From Mobula hypostoma (Eukaryota): a DNA stretch of 64,000 bases. The translations under genes were made by a program, and so were the position numbers. The notes beneath the pieces were generated by a model. That model searched no databases. It was not told the DNA's origin and saw nothing but the letters and a program-made list of their open reading frames with translations. Location: NCBI RefSeq assembly GCF_963921235.1, contig NC_086097.1, forward strand, positions 187,924,001 through 187,988,000. The letters are read 5' to 3'. Positions 24,365 to 38,040 of the stretch are shown piece after piece (the first letter of the stretch is position 1; every line of letters starts with the position of its first letter).

Positions 24365-24670
24365 GAAACATAAAATTGTGAAGGGGCTTCAAATGAGAGA
24401 TACCGAGAAAATATTTCTCTTCATAAAAAAACCTTGAACTAGAAGATATATTTTCAGAACAATGAATCATCCAGTACAGAGGGCAATAAAGATGAATTTC
24501 ATCTCTCAGAGCATTATGGATCTAATCTAGAGGGTTGAGATGGCTACATTATTGATTATATTCAAGGCCAAACTATATATTTTTGTTCTAATGGGGAATT
24601 GAAAGTTCTGGGGAACAACCCAGATCAATATCAGATTACGTAGATCTTCATGAATAGCAGAACAAGTTTT
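24365..24670 (+). mobile_element. Very old CR1 3' remnant
   Basis: Faint collinearity with the CR1 C-terminus (KIVKGL...FISQS). Confidence 0.45.
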
Positions 24671-24689
24671 ATAAACACAGAAACATGCA

Positions 24690-25760
24690 GAACTCTTCAA
24701 TTTTATTAACTTCACTACCAACTTCTATTCTGCTCTCTAATTCTTTTGGAGTATTTCCAACACCTCCTTCTGTTTCTCGGTCTTCATCTCAAGGGACAAG
24801 CTATCCAATGATGTTCACTACAATGCCATTGACTCCAACAGCTGCCTACATTACTCCTCTCTCCAGCCATTCCTTTTCCTCAGTTTATCTGCCTCCACTG
24901 TTTCCATTCTTTAAATGAGGCCTTCCATTCCAGGGTGTTTGAGATGTACAATTTTTTTTCAGAAATGGGTCTTCCTGTCCCACCTTCCACCACCTTAGTT
25001 AATGGAGCTGTCATTTGTACTTCCTCAATTTCCTGTTCTTCTGCAATTACCCCACCTTCCTCCAGACAGATCAGGGATACAGATCCCTTGGTCTTTAGCT
25101 TTTACCACAGCAGCCTACACAACCAGCAGATCATTCTTCACAACTCCCACCAGCTTAACATGATTCCATCATGAGCCACGTCTTCCCCTCCCCCACCCCT
25201 TTCTGCTTTTGACAGTGACCACTCTCTCTGTGAGTTCCTGGTTTGTTTGTCCCTCCCCAGGCACTTTCCCTGCAACTGCAGGAGATGTAACACCTGTCCC
25301 TACTCCTCCCCCCTCTTCACCATCTACTGCCCCAAACAGCCCTTCCAGAGTGGCAAAGATTTACATACAACTCCTCCAATCTCATCTATTTCACTTACAT
25401 CAGTGAGACCAAACACAGACCAGGCAACTGCTTTGCGGAGCACCTGCGTTCAATCCGTAATGGCCCCCTCGTTACTAGCCTCGTTCCTACGGTAATCTGT
25501 CTGCTCTCCATCTGCAATGGTAAGGCTAAATGCAAACTGAAAGAACACAGTCTCATACTCCACTTGGGTGATCAATAGCCCCAGGGCATAAACTTTGAAT
25601 TCTCCAATTTGAGGTAACCTACTCCCCCTCTGTCCCTCTTCCCCTCTCCTAATCTAAGCAGTTCCTCCAATAGTTGCCCCTTATCACCCAGTTTCTTTTC
25701 CCTTCTCCACTTTCTTCATCTGCACATCACATACACATTCCTCCTATTGGGTTCCCCTCT
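24690..25760 (+). mobile_element. Decayed Penelope/Neptune fragment (RT C-terminus, Cys linker, GIY-YIG remnant)
   Basis: Collinear with 41150-42300; CNCRRCNTCPY linker. Confidence 0.75.
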
Positions 25761-26160
25761 AAACCTTTCTTCCACTATCGACGACATCTTGGTGATGGTG
25801 ACGTCTCAACAAGTGACATTAATCATTCAAGATCCTCACTATCTCGTATATGCCCTGTACACTACTACATTGGAGAATAAGTACAGGAGCCAGACAGCTT
25901 CTTCCCCTCGTTGTCAGATTTATGAATCTTGCATGAACACTACCTTATTATTCATCTTTTGCACCATTTATTTAGTTCTATAACTTATCGTAATGTTTAA
26001 CGTTTTGCTGCCGCTGAAAAGCGACACATTCATTGACATATATCAATGATAATAAATTTTGTTCTGTTTTTTCATGCTGCTGAACCTCTGTTCCTGTGAC
26101 GTCGCTGCAAACAAATTTTCATTGTACCCGTACCTCACCATTTGACAATAAATTGTCATG
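25760..26160 (+). mobile_element. Rex1-like 3' UTR remnants
   Basis: Tail motifs GATAATAAA and GACAATAAA resembling other Rex1 ends in the window. Confidence 0.45.
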
Positions 26161-27397
26161 GACTGAAACGAATGATAGAAACATTTATGACAGTTATTTC
26201 ACATTGAACACAATAGCAGTACAATGGAGATAGTCTTGAAGATATAGTGGAGAAGAAGTCCGCAAGTCCATACTCTGTATTTATTGATTGATATAACACA
26301 TGCAAGAGATACTGGAGCCAAATGACTTTTCAGTGTCATCCACGCATTATCCCCAATTGAGAGAGACAAGAAACCAAATCCTCACCAATCTGGACACATT
26401 CAGTTGCCAAATCCTGACGAACACGAAGTGAGAAGTAGTGTAGACATTACCTTCTATGGCATTAACTCATGTACTGTTGGATAAATATCCTCATCCCAGC
26501 ATCTGATTATAGGTATACATTATCTCCCAATACATTGTTACTAAGTATTTCATCTAAGTGCCCATGTCAGATCCATGTTTTAACTCAGGCTCTTAGTTAC
26601 CATAGAGATAGCCTTGAAGTTATCCTTGCAGTCATCCTTGCAGTCAGAGAGACAATCCAAGAGCTACTCCATTATCTCATCATAGGCTAACACAAAGGTT
26701 GTCACTGTCTTGTAGCTTTCTGTGATGACAGGGATATCTCTAACAGGTTCCGTACTGCTGAATCTGCCAGTCTAACTACATAGAGTGGCACAGGTATTAT
26801 CGGTTGTGTTAATTTTAATTGGCAGAAATAAAATATATTCCTATTTAACTATATACATTATAAAATGTATGTTAAGCCTATACATAGTCTATCCACATCT
26901 GCCATGTCACACTTCAGAAAGGAAATGATTTTCAATCATTTTAATAGAGCTGGGTAGCGATACAATAATTTGCAGGTCATTAGGGATAGTAAAACAGACG
27001 TAAATACAACTTGATAAACAATAGTACAGAATACAACGTAAAACATGTATAATTTATACAAACTGAATTCACATTAGCATGTGCACAATTATTCGTTCCA
27101 TAATATAAATGACAAAGAAAATAAAAGCATTTCATGCCAATTCACTAAAAAGCTACAGTTATAAACAGACTCTTAAGTTACGGTATTGTTCATTAGACAT
27201 GAAAAGCTTAAAGGGCCACAGAATTTTGAAAGTACATGATAAACAGATAATGATCAAATTTTAAATCAGCTGCTCAGTGTGCTTGTGCTAACATATAGCA
27301 ATTGTTAAGGAAATGGAAATGAAGTTTGGAAGATAATGTGTATTAAAGATGGAAGGTTAGCAGGTTAGAATGCATCAATGGAGAGGAATAAATCGTA

Positions 27398-28316
27398 AAC
27401 TTCCAGTAAAATGACAGTAGTTCATATGCAGCAGCCTCTCTGGGGCCAACCAAAGATACACTTCACTTTTTATAACGTGTGTTTTTTATGATCGTAAGAC
27501 CATACTAAACTTCAAGAACAATGGGTACAGCAGATCTACTACATCAGTGATCTGCTCATTGTTTGGAACAGGTGGCCAGGGTGTCGAAGGTGCCAGCAGA
27601 CAAGTTCGAGAAGGGGAAGTCAGTGCTCAGCTTGGAGAGGGTGAAGCCAGCACTCAGCTCAGCGCAAGAGGGACCGACAGATGGGCCGGAGAAGGAGAAG
27701 CTGCTGTTCGGGTCAGAGAAGGAGAAGCCACCGGTTGGCCAGGAGAAGGAGAAGCCAGCGGATGGGCCGAAGAAGATGGATATAGACTGTGCTGCTACCT
27801 GCTACTTGAAGACATCGGAGTTGGTGCACGAAAGAAGCATGCAATGTAACTGTGAGTGACTGTCTTCAAAGTTTCTCTTCTGATCACAAGACCCTGTTGG
27901 ACACTGACATTGTAAGGTGTTGCAGGCCTGTTTCCCTTGTTTGGTGGGGAGACAGGTGACAAAGCAGCAGCGTGGCCTCGATTGTAGTGAGAACTAGGGG
28001 CTGCAGTTCAGGTGAGTGTTGTTGGAGGCAGTGTAGTGTGACGACCGTGCTCGGTTGGGAGCTCGCCTCGTTCTTTGGTGCTGTCCTCTAGTGCTCTGTC
28101 GGAGGACTGACAGGCTGAATTGTGGGATCTGTACCATCAACTTGCATGTCGCCCACGGACTTGGACTGTACATGTGTTTTATAGCGTAACTACGTTTTTT
28201 TTCTCTCGCTATTTTGAATGTATATTATGTACTTTGGTCCCAGAGGAATACTGTCTTATTCGACTGTATCCATGTCTGGTTTGAATAATAGTTAAACTTG
28301 ATTTGATTTGATTTGA
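27398..28316 (+). mobile_element. Non-autonomous retroposon with decayed ETS/YY1-like head, internal about 30-bp repeats and Rex1-like tail
   Basis: Head CTTCCAGTAAAATGACAG, repeats of GAGAAGGAGAAGC. 3' end resembles 23100-23191. (ATTTG)n tail. Confidence 0.6.
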
Positions 28317-28347
28317 CATTTCGAGCTGAGACCCTTCATCAGAACTG
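28314..28347 (-). ncRNA. Minimal hammerhead core from a Penelope pLTR fragment
   Basis: Minus strand CUGAUGA-AGGGUCUCAGCUC-GAAA-UGUC. Confidence 0.6.
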
Positions 28348-30529
28348 GAAGTAGGCAGAAGATCAGTCAGTATGAATGAAAAAGAAACGTATCATGAGCT
28401 ATTTTTATATCCTGAAAACATTTAGAAAACAAGTATCTTTAAGTTGTATAGAAGACAGGAGGATGTAAAGAACGATGAGGTTATCTGCAAATAGGGAAAT
28501 ACCAAGAAAGAGATAGAGATTGGTGTTAGCTGAGAATAATGAATGCTCATTAATTGAGATGGTGTAAATAGGAGAGAGGAACAAACCAACTACATGCTAG
28601 AACTGTAAGAGACAGAACCTAACAGTTTTACCAATTCTGATAAAAATTCACTAACCCAAAATATTACACAATTTTTTTTCTCCACAATTTTGCCCTGTCC
28701 TGCTGATTTTACATTTTATTTCAGTTTGACAGCATCTGCAATTTCTTGCTTGACAAGGATAAGCAGAGTAAGTCATATTCAATTAATGACTCTTTGAAAA
28801 CAGATGCCAATTCTGACTTAATAGGATAATTAGTCTAGTTTGGTGATGTAATTGTACATGATATTATTTTCTACATTGTATCTCTCTTGCTTAAATGCAT
28901 AATGGTGGATTTATGCTCACAATTGAAATCACATAAAGACAGAAATCTGTCGTTTCTAGTAACTGCCTAAAGAGGTTGAAAACAGATTTTAGATGACTGT
29001 AATGAAAATATTTTAAAATTCACTCTTACCTGATTCAGCAAAGTCACATACAGTATACATTCACGATCAAAGGAGTAACTCTGCACTTGTTAAAACACAA
29101 GAAATCACTTTATTAGAATTATATAAAACATGCAATGCAAAAGGGAAACAAATGGTTAATAATGTAGCAGTGCAGAAAACAAACTAATACTTAACATCCA
29201 CAGAATGAGCTGATCTGCACAATGCCCAAGGGGAACCACAGAGCGAGCAATATCTCACACAGCCTTCTCTCTCTTGCTCTCACCCTTTTGACATACTCTC
29301 ACCCTTCCCACTGTATTTGTTCCTATCTTCTCCAACTCTTAGCACTAGAGCTTCCCTTGCACAAACAAAGTGCCCCTTTTAGACTCTTCAAGATCCCTAC
29401 AAAACTCAAAAATAACTCTTATCCCAGTACTTTCCCATAATGAGGCATTAAGGCACTTGCACCTGCACAATGAACTCACCTTCTCTAAACAAATATGTTT
29501 TCATCATTATCTATTCTCAATGTTGTGGACTAGTACTCCTTTAACTTTCCCAATACAATCCCATTCCACGTTAAAACCAGACTTTTATTTTAGCATATGC
29601 TGAGCAGGAATCACATGTAACTCTTCTCTTACATTCCAACCCTTGATTCTGCATTGGTATATCATATAAAAGATTACAAGAAGCACAAGTTAATTATTAA
29701 ATTTTAATTGCTAAGCAGTGGGATTATATTGTGAATTTCATATAGGCAATAAACTAAAGTAAACTGCACAAAAGCACCATTAATATTATGATTCATTCAC
29801 ATCCACTCTTTATTCCCCAGTACCATACTTTTATTTTGAATAATGAAATCCTGGTTACAATTAACCATGGTTAAACTTCAAGGATATTTGGAGGGTTTTA
29901 TTGCATCAGTGGACATCTCCCTCTTCCATAGTAGGTTTTTGTGTGTTTTCTCCGCATGTCCATGCCATTGACAAAATTAATTCCAGCATTCTCATTTTAC
30001 CAGAAAGAAAATAAAGCATCAGTTGTCACCAGTTTAACAGAGATTTTAAATCATTCTCTTTTGGTCAATATCTCCCTGTTGCTACACACCAGATGGCCTT
30101 TCCCTTGTCCTGATACCCAGTATACGTTACTGTCTCTATTTACTACCATCTCTCCCCTCGCAAACCAGAGAGTTCGGAATGTGTACCCATGCTTTCCCTC
30201 CCACTATGGGGCCCCTTTCTTCAGTGCCTGTTTGCTCTTCCATTTCCAGGGTACACTTGAACATTCTGGGCATCGGCAATCCTTGGGGTAGAGGTCTGTT
30301 GTTCAACTTGTATGAGGCTTGCGATAGTACAGTTAGCCACCCCGTAAGGTGTGAGTTAGCATTACAACTGGTGGGGAATCTCAAGTGAAGGGACATAGTC
30401 ACAAGATGATGGTGGTTAGGTAAAACTGAGGTGCATAGGAACAACATCCTGCAGAGAATGGTGAACTTCTCAAATTCTTTACCTAAAAAGGTGGTGTAGG
30501 CTAGATCACTGGCTACACAACCCTTATTT

Positions 30530-33500
30530 CAAGATATTTCGAGACAAGGTTGATATATCTTTCCTCCAAGAGGACCACAGTCTTGTTGTAAGTTTTGGAG
30601 GTTTGCGCGCCGGAGAGCTATTTTAATTCCTATCCTCATTCCTGTACTGACATGCCAGTCCACAGCCTCCTCTTTTGTCACGGTGAGACCACTCCCAGGG
30701 TGTAAAAGCAAAACTTCATGTTCTGCCTATGTAGCCTCCAACCTGATGGCATAAGACCATAAGACGATAAGACAAAGGAGCAGAAGTTGGCCATTCGGCC
30801 CATCGAGTCTGCTCCGCCAGTTTATCATGAGCTGATCCATTCTCCCATTTAGTCCCACTCCCCCGCCTTCTCATCATAACCTTTGATGCCCTGGCTACTC
30901 AGATACCTATCAATCTCTGCCTTAAATACACCCAAATGACTGGACCTCCACTGCTGCCCGTCTCAACAAATTCCATAGATTCACCACCCTCTGACTAAAA
31001 AAATTTCTTCGCATTTCTGCTCTGCATGGGTGCCCTTCAATCCTTAAGTCATGCCCTCTCGTACTAGACTCCCCCATCATGGGAAACAACTTTGCCACAT
31101 CCACTCTGCCCATGCCTTTCAACATTCGAAATGTTTCTATGAGGGCTCCCCTCATTCTTCTAAACTCCAAGGAATACAGTCCAAGAGCGGACAAACATTC
31201 CTCATATGTTAGCCCTCTCATTCCCAGAATTATTCTAGTGAATCTTCTCTGTACCCTCTCCAACGTCAGCACATCCTGTCTTAAATAAGGAGACCAAAAC
31301 TGCCCACTGTCCAAGTGAGGTCTCATCAGCACCTTATAGAGCCTCAGCATCACATCCCTGCTCCTATACTCTATTCCTCTAGAAATGAATGCCAACATTG
31401 CATTCGCCTTCTTCACTACTGACTCAACCTGGAGGTTAACTTTAAGGGTATCCTGTACGAGGACTCCCAAGTCCCGTTGCATCTCAGAACTTTGAATTCT
31501 TTCCCCATTTAAATAATAGTCTGCCCGTTTATTTCTTCTGCCAAACTGCATAACCATACACTTTCCAACATTGTACTACATTTGCCACTTCTCTGCCCAT
31601 TCTTCCAATCTATCCCAGTCTCTCTGCAGACCCTCCGTTTCCTCAGCACTACTGGCCCCTCCACCTATCTTCGTATCATCAGCAAACTTAGCCACAAAGC
31701 CATCTATTCCATAATCCAAATCGTTGATGTACAATGTAAAAAGAAGCGGCCCCAACACGGACCCCAGTGGAATACCACTGGTAACCGGCAGCCAACCAGA
31801 ATAGGATCCCTTTATTCCCACTCTCTGTTTCCTGCCAATCAGCCAACACACTATCCACGTATGTAACTTTCCCGTAGTTCCATGGGCTCTTATCTTGTTA
31901 AGTAGCCTCATGTGTGGCACCTTGTCAAAGGCCTTCTGAAAATCCAAATATACAACATCTACAGCATCTCCCTTGTCTAGCCTACTGGTAATTTCCTCAA
32001 AAAATTGTAATAACTTTGTCAGCCATTATTTTCCTTTAAGGAATCCATGCTGAGTTCTGCCTATCTTGTCATATGCCTCCAGGTACTCTCTAACCTCATC
32101 CTTGACAATCGACTCCAACAACTTCCCAACCACCGATGTCAAGCTAACAGGTCTATAATTTCCTTTTTGCTTCCTTGCCCCCTTCTTAAATAGCGGAGTG
32201 ACATTTGCAATCTTCCAGTCCTCCATAACCTTGCCAGAATCTATCGACTTCTGAAAGATCATCGCTAATGCCTCCGCAATCTCCACAGCTACTTCCCTCA
32301 GAACACGTGGGTGCATTCCATCTGGTCCAGGAGATTTATCTACCTTTAGACTATTCAGCTTCCTGAGTACTTTCTCGGTCGTAATTGTGACTGCGCACAC
32401 TTCTCTTCCCTGCCACTCTTGAGTGTCCGGTATACTGCTGATGTCTTCCTCAATGAAGACTGATGCAAAGTACTTATTCAGTTCCTCTGCCATCTCCTTA
32501 TCTCCCATTACAATTTCTCCAGCATCATTTTCTATCGGTCCTATATCTACTCTCACCTGTCTTTTACTCTTTATATACTTGAAAAAGCTTTTAGTATCAT
32601 CTTTGATATTATTTGCTGGCTTCCTTTCATAGTTAATCTTTTCCCTCTTAATGACCTTCTTGGCTTCCTTTTGTAAGGTTTTAAAAACTTCCCAATCCTC
32701 TGTCTTCCCACTAATTTTTGCTTCCTTGTAGGCCCTCTCCTTTGCTTTAACTTTGGCTTTGACTTCTCTTGTCAACCACGGTTGCATCATTTTACCACTC
32801 GAAAGTTTCTTCCTTTTTGGAATATACCTGTCTTGCTCCTTCCTCATTTCTCACATAAGCTCCAGTCACTGCTGCTCTGCTGTCTTTCCCACCACTGTCC
32901 CTTTCCAGTCAACTTTGGCCAGTTCCTCTCTCATGCCACTGTAATTTCCTTTACTCCACTGAAACACCGACACATCAGATTTCAGCTTCTCTTTTTCTAA
33001 TTTCACAGTAAACTCAACCATGTTACGATCACTGCCTCCTAAGGGTTCCTTCACCTCAATCTCTCTGATCACCTCTGGTTCATTACACAATACCCAATCC
33101 AGTACAGCTGATCCCCTAGTGGGCTAAACAACAAGCTGTTCTAAAAAGCCATCTAGCAGACATTCTACAAATTCTCTCTCTTGAGATCCAGTGCCGACCT
33201 GATTTTCCCAATCCACTCGCATGTTAAAATCTCCCACAATTATCATAACACTGCCCTTCTGACAAGCCTTTTCTATTTCCTGTTGTAATTTGTCGTCCAC
33301 ATCCCTGCAGCTGTTTGGAGGCCTATAAATAACTGCCATCAGGGTCCTTTTACCCCTGCTATTTCTTAGCTCAACCCATAAAGATTCTGCACCTTCCGAT
33401 CCTCTATCACCGCTTTCTAATGATTTAATATCATTTCTTACCAATAAAGCCATGCCTCCCCCTCTGCCTACCTTCTGATACACCATGTATCCTTGGACGT

Positions 33501-34790
33501 TCAGCTCCCAGAGACATGCATCCTTTAGCCAGGTCTCAGTGATGGCCACAATATCATACCTGCCAATCTGTAGCTGTATGTCAAGATCATCCACCTTATT
33601 CCTTATGCTGCGTGCATTTAAGTACAACACCTTAAGACCAGTATTTGATACTTTTGGCTTTGATTTCACTGTAACTTTATTGCACTGCAACTCATCTCAA
33701 TGGCTACACATTTGCCCCATCACCTGCCTGTCTTTCCTGACATCTTTACTGGTCACTATCTTAGATTTATTTCTGTTTTCCCCTTCCTCTGCACTGTCAT
33801 TCCGGTTCCCATCCCCCCGCCAAATTAGTTTACACCCTCCCTAATAGCTCTATTAAACTTTCCCGCCAGGATATTGGTCCCCTTCAGGTTCAGGTGTAAC
33901 CTGTCCTTTTTGAACAGGTCATACTTCCCCCAGAAGAGATCCCAATTATCCAAGAATCTGAAGCCCTGCCCCCTACACCAGTCTTTCAGCCACATAGTCA
34001 TCTGCCTGATCCTACTATTCTTACCCTCGCTAGCACATGGCACAGGTAGCAATCCCAAGATTACTGCCCTGGAAGTCCTGCTTCTCAGCTTCCTTCCTAA
34101 GTCCTGGAAATCTCTCTTCAGGACCTCCTCCTTTGTCCTATCTATGTCATTGGTATCAACATGTACCAAGAAAACTGGCTGCTCACCCTCCCCCTGTGGA
34201 ATATGCAGGACCCGATCCAAGACATCTCGTACCCTGGCACCTGGGAGGCAACAGACCATGCGGGTATCTCTATCAGGCTCACAGAATCTCCTGTCCGTTC
34301 CTCTTTTGGATCGGGACTACAGAGCATTGCGGGAGCTGAATTCTGAAGGAAGGCAGTTTTTTAAAAACTTCTTCGAGTGCAAGAAGAGCATAAATATTGA
34401 ATACACTTTCTGTTTTTTTTTCTTCCTCCCCCTTCCCTCATCTTCTATTCCCTACTGTGGCCTGTTACCTCTTCTCCACACCTGCCTATCTCCTCCCCCA
34501 GATGCCCCTCCTTCTTCCCTATCTCCCATGGTCCACTCTCCTCTCCTATCAGATTCCTTCTTCTCCAGCCTTTTACCTTTCTCACCTACCTGTCTTCAAC
34601 TATCATCTTCTAGCTAGTCTTCCTTCTCCTCCCTCCACCTACCTTTTTATTCTGGCATCTTCTCCCTTCCTTTCCAGTCCTGAAGAAGGGTCTTGGCCCA
34701 AAATGTCAACTGTTTACATATTCATTTCCACAGATGCTGCCTGACCTGCTGAATTCCTCCAGCATTTTGTATATGTTGCTCTTGCTCAGT
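30530..34790 (+). mobile_element. Penelope 3' end (GIY-YIG C-terminus plus pLTR) split by a CR1 insertion
   Basis: ...SLQPDG at about 30735-30750 resumes at 34388. pLTR with decayed hammerhead at about 34680-34712. Confidence 0.75.
30755..34387 (-). mobile_element. Well-preserved CR1 LINE: part of ORF1 esterase plus full-length disrupted ORF2 (AP endonuclease, RT)
   Basis: YLNARSIRNK, ITETWL, GDFN, SPGPDGMHPRVL, NYRPVSLTS, DFQKAFDKVPH, KFADDTK. Octamer tail (CTTATGGT)n. TSD GCATAA (30749-30754, 34388-34393). Confidence 0.95.
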
Positions 34791-35544
34791 TCTCTGGTTG
34801 GTACATAGCTTTGCTGCAATATACCAGAGTTGATTAACTGTTCATTTACAATTTGCTGCAGAATATGTGCTAAAAAATAGTATTGGACTTCAGCCTATAG
34901 GTTATACAAACATATCCTTCCAGTGTGATTTTCTCTCCTTCTTGTCAGTGGGTGAACATGTGAGTTCATTGGGACCTTATGGTTTGCCACCTTTCACATT
35001 GAGCACTTCTGAACCGTTGTTTCATCTGATCGCCAGTGACTTTTATGAGTTCAACAGACTGAAATTTATCAAGTTACATCCTCATTCAGCTGTTTTTAAC
35101 ATCACTATTCCATCTGGTCTTTATTATCTCTGGAGATTTGTGATTTTTACCATCTGTACACTTCTTGCAAGATGTCATGCTTTAGTGTTTTGCCTCTTTT
35201 CCCATGTCTGATAGCTCATAATATGCTTTTCTTTTACTCTTACACATACTGTTCATATTTGCAAGCTTAAGATACCCGCGGGAATTTGGGAATAAACATA
35301 TTGTATAGTTAGACTCCCTCGGTTTAATGAGTATCTTTAATTGAAGAGATAAAAAAAGTTATCATCATTATCATTCCATGTTGATTTGCTTTGACTCAGA
35401 ACTCCTGACAGTCGTCATGCTAGGTTATTCATTTTTCAAATTTGCTTCCTGTTTTTCTCAGTAAGGCACCAAGTTTGTCACAGCATTCAGAGACTCTGAT
35501 GCCTCAGCTAAGTAGCAATTCTTCTCCTTTTTCAACTGATACTC

Positions 35545-35895
35545 AGTTGGAGGAGGTGTTACCTTGAGTCAGAAGCTTGTGAGTTTAAGTGCCACTCCAG
35601 GGACTGAGCACAAAAATATAGGTTGAATGTCAAATACAGAACTCTTCAAATACTGCACCATTGGAGGTTGTAGCTTCTGTTGAGAATTAAACTGAGGTGC
35701 CAGAGATTTTTATCCCTGTGTCTTAGCCTATATTATCCTTCAATCAGTATCTATGAACAGTTTATCGGTTTGTCATAATAATAGTATTTAGGAGGAATTG
35801 ATATGTTCATATTAGGTACTATGGAGCCAATTTTACAATGCTTTAAAGTTCCAATCTTGTGAAGAATTTAGATTCTTGAAATACAGTATGAATCG
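35545..35895 (+). mobile_element. Ancient tRNA-head Deu-domain SINE (SacSINE1/AmnSINE-like), decayed
   Basis: GAGTCAGAAGCTTGTGAGTTTAAGTGCCACTCCAGGGACTGAGCACAAAA...CTGCACCATTGGAGGT...TTAAACTGAGG follows my recollection of the shark DeuSINE consensus; not verified by alignment. Confidence 0.6.
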
Positions 35896-36055
35896 TCCCT
35901 TTTCTAATGTTGGAAGAATTGCTCTATTTATCCTTGTGAAATTTGGTCTCCAGTAACTAGCATGACAAAGCTGACCAGATACGGATTGTTCTACATATAT
36001 GATTTTTCCAGAGAAACAGCTGAATGAGGATGTAACTTGATAAATTTCAGTCTGT

Positions 36056-37371
36056 TGACAGGGACTTATTAGGGAGAGTAAACATGGCTTTGTGTGTGGT
36101 AGGTCATGTTTGACTAATCTATTGGAATTTTTCAAGGAGGTTACCAGGAAAGTGGATGAAGGGAAGGCAGTGGATATTGTCTACATGGACTTCAGTAAGG
36201 CCTTTGACAAGGTCCCACATGGGAGGATAGTTAGGAAAATTCAGTCGCTAGGTATACATGGAGAGGTGGTAAATTGGATTAGACATTGGCTCAATGGAAG
36301 AAGCCAAAGAGTGGTAGTAGAGAATTGCTTCTCTGAGTGGAGGCCTGTGACTAGTAGTGTGCCATAGGGATCAGTGCTGGGTCCATTGTTATTTGTCATC
36401 TATATCAACGATCTGGATGATAATGTGGTAAATTGGATCAGTAAATTTGCTGATGATACAAGGACTGGAGGTGTAGTAGACAGTGAGGAAGGTTTTCAGA
36501 GCCTGCAGAGGGACTTGGACCATCTGGAAAAATGGGCTGAAAAATGGCAGATGGAGTTTAATACAGACAAGTGTGAGGTATTGCATGTTGGAAGGACAAA
36601 CCAAAGTAGAACATACAGGGTTAATGGTAAGGCACTGAGGAGTGCAGTAGAACAGCGGGATCTGGGAATACAGATACAAAATTCCGTAAAAGTGGGGTCA
36701 CAGGTTGATAGGGTCATAACGAGAGCTTTTGGTACATTGGCCTTTATTAATCAAAGTATTGAGTATAAGAGCTGGAATGTTATGATGAGGTTGTATAAGG
36801 CATTGGTGAGGCCAAATCTGGAGTATTGTGTTCAGTTTTGGTCACCAAATTACAGGAAGGATATAAATAAGGTTGAAAGAGTGCAGAGAAGGTTTACAAG
36901 GATGTTGCCGGGACTTGAGAAACTCAGTTACAGAGAAAGGTTGAAAAGGTTAGAACTTTATTCCCTGGAGTGTAGAAGAATGAGGGGAGATTTGATAGAG
37001 GTATATAAAATTATGATGGGTATAGATAGAGTGAATGCATGCAGGCTTTTTCCACTGAGGCAAGGGGAGAAAAAAACCAGAGGACATGGGTTAAGGGTGA
37101 GGGGGGAAAAGTTTAAAGGGAACATTAGGAGGGGCTTCTTCACACAGAGAGTGGTGGGAGTATGGAATGAGCTGCCAGATGAGGTGGTAAATGCGGGTTC
37201 TTTTTTAACATTTAAGAATAAATTGGACAGATACATGGATGGGAGGTGTATGGAGGGATATGGTCTGTGTGCAGGTCAGTGGGACTAGGCAGAAAATGGT
37301 TCGGCACAGCCAAGAAGGGCCAAAAGGCCTTTTTCTGTGCTGTAGTTTTTCTATGGTTTCTATGGTTTCTA
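36056..37371 (+). mobile_element. Young 5'-truncated CR1 (RT to 3' tail)
   Basis: ORFs 36092-36367 and 36374-37288 separated by one stop. (TTTCTATGG)n tail. Confidence 0.95.
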
Positions 37372-37424
37372 AAAATAGTTTAATTCTGTGCTGCTTTAGC
37401 ACTGCATAGGGAGATAGCAACATT

Positions 37425-38040
37425 TAGAACATAGAACATAAAACAGTACAGCCACTTTGGCCACAATTCTGTGCTGACTTTTTAATCCACTCCAAGCTCA
37501 CTCCCATATCGCCATCCATGTGCCTGACTAAGAGTCTCTTAATTTTAAGAGAAAGGGAAAGGGTATATTGCAGAAGGTAAAATCTAAAGGAAATTAAAAT
37601 GTAAATTAAATTGAGTAGAAAATACGTGTAGGCATTACCATCAGTAATTCATTAATATCCGTTGATTATAGAGTCAGCACTGTGCTGACTTCATGCTGTC
37701 AGGATAGTTACCTGTTTCTGTACACAGCCAGCTTAACCTTATTGTTGATTGGCAGCACATATGATCAGGGGCCTAAAATTCTAACTTAATAGCACATGCG
37801 AAACAAGGAATTACACAGCACAGAAGAACACGGGCTTCAAGATCAGAGGTTGCAGGGAGGTCTTGATGGACAAAGAAGTCCTATATGTGCAAGAATCTGT
37901 CTAAATGTGTAGCAAAGAAGGCTACAGGCCAAATGCTGGAAGATGGGATTAATACTAATAATGGGATGAATTCCTTCTGGTTGATGTTGGAGTGGTGTGA
38001 CAAATGGCCCTTTCCATGCTGTATGACTCTGTGATTCCAT
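37425..38040. mobile_element. Two short CR1 3' UTR remnants (37425-37540 minus; about 37840-38040 plus)
   Basis: TAGAACATAGAACATA tail and TATGACTCTGTGATTC tail. Confidence 0.55.

Noticed and set aside
27640..27780. Short periodic repeats as a CRISPR-like array
   Set aside because: Degenerate tandem units without unique spacers in a vertebrate TE context, and no cas genes.
33874..34617. 247-aa plus-strand ORF (likewise 59676-60404 on minus)
   Set aside because: Antisense shadow frames of CR1 ORF1.
34676..34712. Active hammerhead ribozyme
   Set aside because: The GAAA box is mutated to AAAA; treated as a decayed copy.
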